Made by a program: the position numbers and the translations under genes. From positions 558,001-622,000 of the forward strand of contig CDROCS010000289.1 in NCBI GenBank assembly GCA_977020255.1: 64,000 nt of DNA, in the 5' to 3' direction. Source of the DNA: Obrimoposthia wandeli. Its lineage: Eukaryota. Positions 60,131-64,000 of this stretch are shown piece after piece. Below the pieces are notes generated by a model, which made no database searches, was not told the DNA's origin, and was given only the letters and a program-made list of their open reading frames with translations. Every line of letters starts with the position of its first letter. Positions within the stretch are counted from its first letter, which is position 1.

Positions 60131-63100
60131 AAGGCAGTATAGGAAAACATACTAATCTTGTGAATTTAAGTTCCGAGTTCAATTAAATGGAGAAGAAATA
60201 ATGTTAAAGAAAACCTGCAATTTAAAGATCCAAACTGTTAAGAAAGTCCATATTTCCGGGTATGTTTGATTATTTTTATTTTAAATTTGTAACAGATTTT
60301 AAAATAATTTTAAAATGGCGCTATATTAAATATGCGTCGTGTTGTAGTTTGTGAATTTAGCAGTTATATTTGCATTTGATTAAAAATTATTTTTATTCCA
60401 ATCTTAAATATTTTGAAACGAAATTGCTCAAACTTTGAAATCAACAAGATCTAGATGTTATTTGATCAAATTTCAGCTTTTGACGTATTTTATTACTGAC
60501 TTTTAACCTACTTTATTTTTCTTCAGCGTCATTTGTCGACTTATTCTTTAATGATGGTGTCCCATACTTTTTTTATTGAGAAAACAAAATATTTATTTTC
60601 AATTTTTACCTAAAAAACATTGTTATCGTCCAATATTTCATTAAAATTTGTACCATCTATTAACATTTCTAGAAAATCATCGGTTTCGATATTATCTTCA
60701 GAATGATTCCTTCGATTATATTGAGCTCTTCATTATAAAGGACTCTTTATCACTTTCAGAACCGCTATTGACAGGATCAATATCTTCTAATACTTGAAGA
60801 AAGTTTCTGTTTAAAGGGTTAATTTCCGAAATAAAAATTAAGCCTGAGAATGAAGATAAATGAGGCTATTGAACTTCCTTTCTCTTGGAAAGAAAACAAT
60901 CAATGTTTAGATCAATTGCTTTTAAATAAACATATTTTATTTTTGTTTCTCAAATCTATCTTATAAACAAATGAAATATAAAAGTGAAAGAGCTTTTGGT
61001 TTCAATTATTTAATACACATTTGGAATCTTCTGTCTAAATTTTTTAATATTATTTTACTCTTCTATAAATATATGTAGCATAAAATTACCAGTTTTAAGA
61101 TTTGTCTAATACATTAATAGTTAATGTTTTAACTCGTAGCATGATATTGTTAATTTAAAAAAGAGTAAGATTAGTATATGAAAAAAAGTGAGTAAACTCA
61201 ACAATTATGGTTGCTCTATTTGAAAGTTAAAAAATATTTAAATAGATATAACATAAATAAAACTCTTGTTGATTAAATTTCATAGTACTCACGATACGGA
61301 ATATTTTAAATTTTCATATAAAATAGATTTGTTTGAGGTAGTGTTTCCCGACGTTTTTCGGTTCACATCACAGTTTTTTTAAATCATTTCTGATAGCAAA
61401 TTGTTTCCATCTAAATTAATTTTAAAACTACGTAATTTTTTAATTCAAACAGTTCTTAATCTTGCATTTATTACGTATCCACCTACTTGTATTTCTATGT
61501 TATTTGAATAATTATTTGTGATTATATATATTTATTATGTCCTATCTAATCCACGTCCCTCTTGTGTGTATGATCTTAAACATAATGCATTGCTATTTTC
61601 CTTGATCATATTGTAAATATCTTATTAAGAGCATTAGAAAATAAAGTAGGTAATTCAAAAGATGGAAAGTTTTTTTCAGATGCAAAAAATTCTGAAGATC
61701 TTATCTAAACATTTATTTATTATCCAAAAGGATGAATCTTATTTAATCGACATCATTCATGCATTCTGGTAAATACGTGATGAATGAAATACTGATTTAT
61801 GTCTTCTTAAATCTACAAAATCAAAATTAATAGAACTGAGGCAAAAAAGATGGAACTTATTTTTATTTTCTCCATTAAGAAAAATAGCCGATTATTTTAA
61901 AACAATTTTTAAATAGATTAATTATATTTAATAGAGAGAACCCTGACACTGACTGGGATAAACGTATTTTACAAGTAGAAAAGCATTATGATCTTGTAAA
62001 GGAAATGTCTGATATAAAATCATTATCAATGTTAAATAAAAACGTAAGGGTTTCGAATTTTATCAGCGCATGAAACTTTATTAAATTTAATTCGTAAAAT
62101 TTCAATAACAGAAGCATCAGTAGGTCATTCATTAAGCACCGACAATTACATACAAATATAAGATCAAATCTAAGCGATAAAAAATTAGACGATCAATTAT
62201 GTATTCGATATAATTTTTTTGTATATTTAATAAACAATAACTTATAATAAAATTAAAAGGGACATATCCTAACATAAGTATATTTGTTATACAATATGTA
62301 GTATGTTTAAATTTGATTTTTAATATATATTGTTTAATGGACTTCCTTTTCTTAAGATATTTGCATATGATTCTACTGATTCATCTGCTCTGCTTATTTT
62401 AATCTAAAAGCTTGTTTCGATATATAGATTATTAAATGTAATAATATTACATAATATATGTTATTTAATTTTTTTTCTGCTCTTAACATTTAACAGCACA
62501 TTTTTACAATTAACTGAAAACCTCACATCACTGCCTATCAAATTTATTTCAATAGCTTTATGACAAAAATATGCAGCTTAGACCAAAGATTTTAAGAAAA
62601 AATAACAAAACATAAGTTACAAATTATTTTCACTATATATATTAAATCAACACAAATAGAAAATAAAAATATATTATATTTGCTTCGTTCAAAGTCAATA
62701 TAGGTTTTATTTTTTCATCGGCACCAACAAAGTATCCAATTATCCGTATTGAAATATTCTATATATCCCATTTTAATTGTGGACTAATCGAATAACCAAA
62801 GTTATATCTAAAAACAAGACTGGGATCAGCTTCAATCTTTTAAAAAAATATTATTATTTTATACATAATAAGGTATGTAAAATTTCAAAATATTTTTGAA
62901 CTGATCACTATCAAATGTCGTTAAAATTTGAATTAATTATTTATTTTCGACTTTTGACATTTTCATATCATTAAAAACTGTATAAGAAAATGTATAAGAA
63001 GACTTCCCTTTAGAAAAATCTTTGTGCAATAAAAATTTTATATAAACTCAGAAAGTGTTTTAAATTTTGTTTCAAATATCTAAAATATTTCTATGTCAGA

Positions 63101-64000
63101 TTTAAAAAATGACTAAATATATATAAGGTTTTCAAAATTATATTAACATTTTCTTTTTTATCTCAATTTGGTATTATTAGGTAGGTTCGTTTGGCACAGA
63201 TCTCAAGTAAGACAATATTAATATTCAACATAAATTTTGAAATATATACGGGTTAATTATGAAAAAAAATATATAAAAAATAATAGTCTCTTTAATTAAT
63301 ATGTATGAAAAATTTTTAATTTGTCGATACTGTACCTCAAAGTCTTAAGCTATGCTTAACATATTATTACTTAGGGTGTCGCAAATAATTTATTTAATAA
63401 TTTATCATTTTTTATGAGAAAGTCTATGGAAACTTTTTTACAATTAAAAAAAAATCATATATATATATTTATATATAATAAGTTTATTATATTTTTTTAC
63501 TACAAATATCAGTTTAGTCACACTCTACAAATGAAATCATATATTATTCAATACGCTTGGGAATTACTTTATTAAAAATCATTTACAATTTGTATTATTG
63601 TCGGTGATCAAAATATATATATATTTTAACGCTTTTTTGCCGTTTCTTGTCTAAATACCTACTTATTTAAAGCTCGCACGAAAACCTTGTGAAAGTATAA
63701 TATTTTACCATTCTCTATCTATTTGAATAATTTCGTTTAATTCCGAGCATCCATGTTGGAAGCCTTCTCTTGAGAGTGTTGTTTAGGGAGGAAATTACGA
63801 GTTGCGATAGTTCATGGTACTTTACGACACCAAATGTAACTGGAGCTCTGAAACACTTAATTTTGATATAATCTAGTTTGTTGAATACCTAAATCTATAA
63901 AACTTCAAAGAAGCTCCTTCTGCAGAAACATGAATATTATGATTTATTTATTTAAATGGATAATTAGTTGGCTGTAAAATATTGCTTTATACCTTTATGT

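Noticed and set aside
60150-64000. Last 4 kb of the window
   Set aside because: Very AT-rich with no ORF in the track and no structure I can support beyond possible decayed TE scraps.
1-64000. tRNA or rRNA genes
   Set aside because: No cloverleaf, A/B-box pair or rRNA-like sequence noticed; a tRNAscan/Infernal run would be needed to exclude them formally.

Overview
AT-rich animal (invertebrate) genomic DNA, not prokaryotic. The only clear host gene is an NPY/NPF-receptor-like class A GPCR on the minus strand. Three GC-rich exons cover TM4-TM7 (33735-34079, ~22446-22721, 8375-8758); TM1-TM3 were not found in the window. Its very large introns and flanks are full of TE relics. Bases 1-~7265 are the right half of a Maverick/Polinton (adintovirus-like) element: major capsid, core-like ORFs, minor capsid, rve integrase with chromodomain, packaging ATPase and a terminal repeat. 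Its accessory arm is the most unusual part. It holds a minimal two-repeat TATA-binding-protein (TBP)-like gene, visible only after removing a 35-nt GT-AG intron and therefore missed by the ORF track. This gene shares a TATA/CCAAT-rich divergent promoter with a tandem pair of diverged paralogues (possibly OB-fold SSBs). Six more fragments of the same Maverick family lie across the window, including pPolB pieces and the opposite terminus. A second notable system is a family of long solo LTRs (10690-12244, 25380-27348) whose 1.4-1.8 kb downstream of the TATA box contain no sense-strand ATG. Each carries two 42-45-nt intron-like segments, and one copy has 13 hairpin repeats with compensatory base changes plus a 16x24-bp array. 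All family assignments come from motif recognition by eye; no database search was run.
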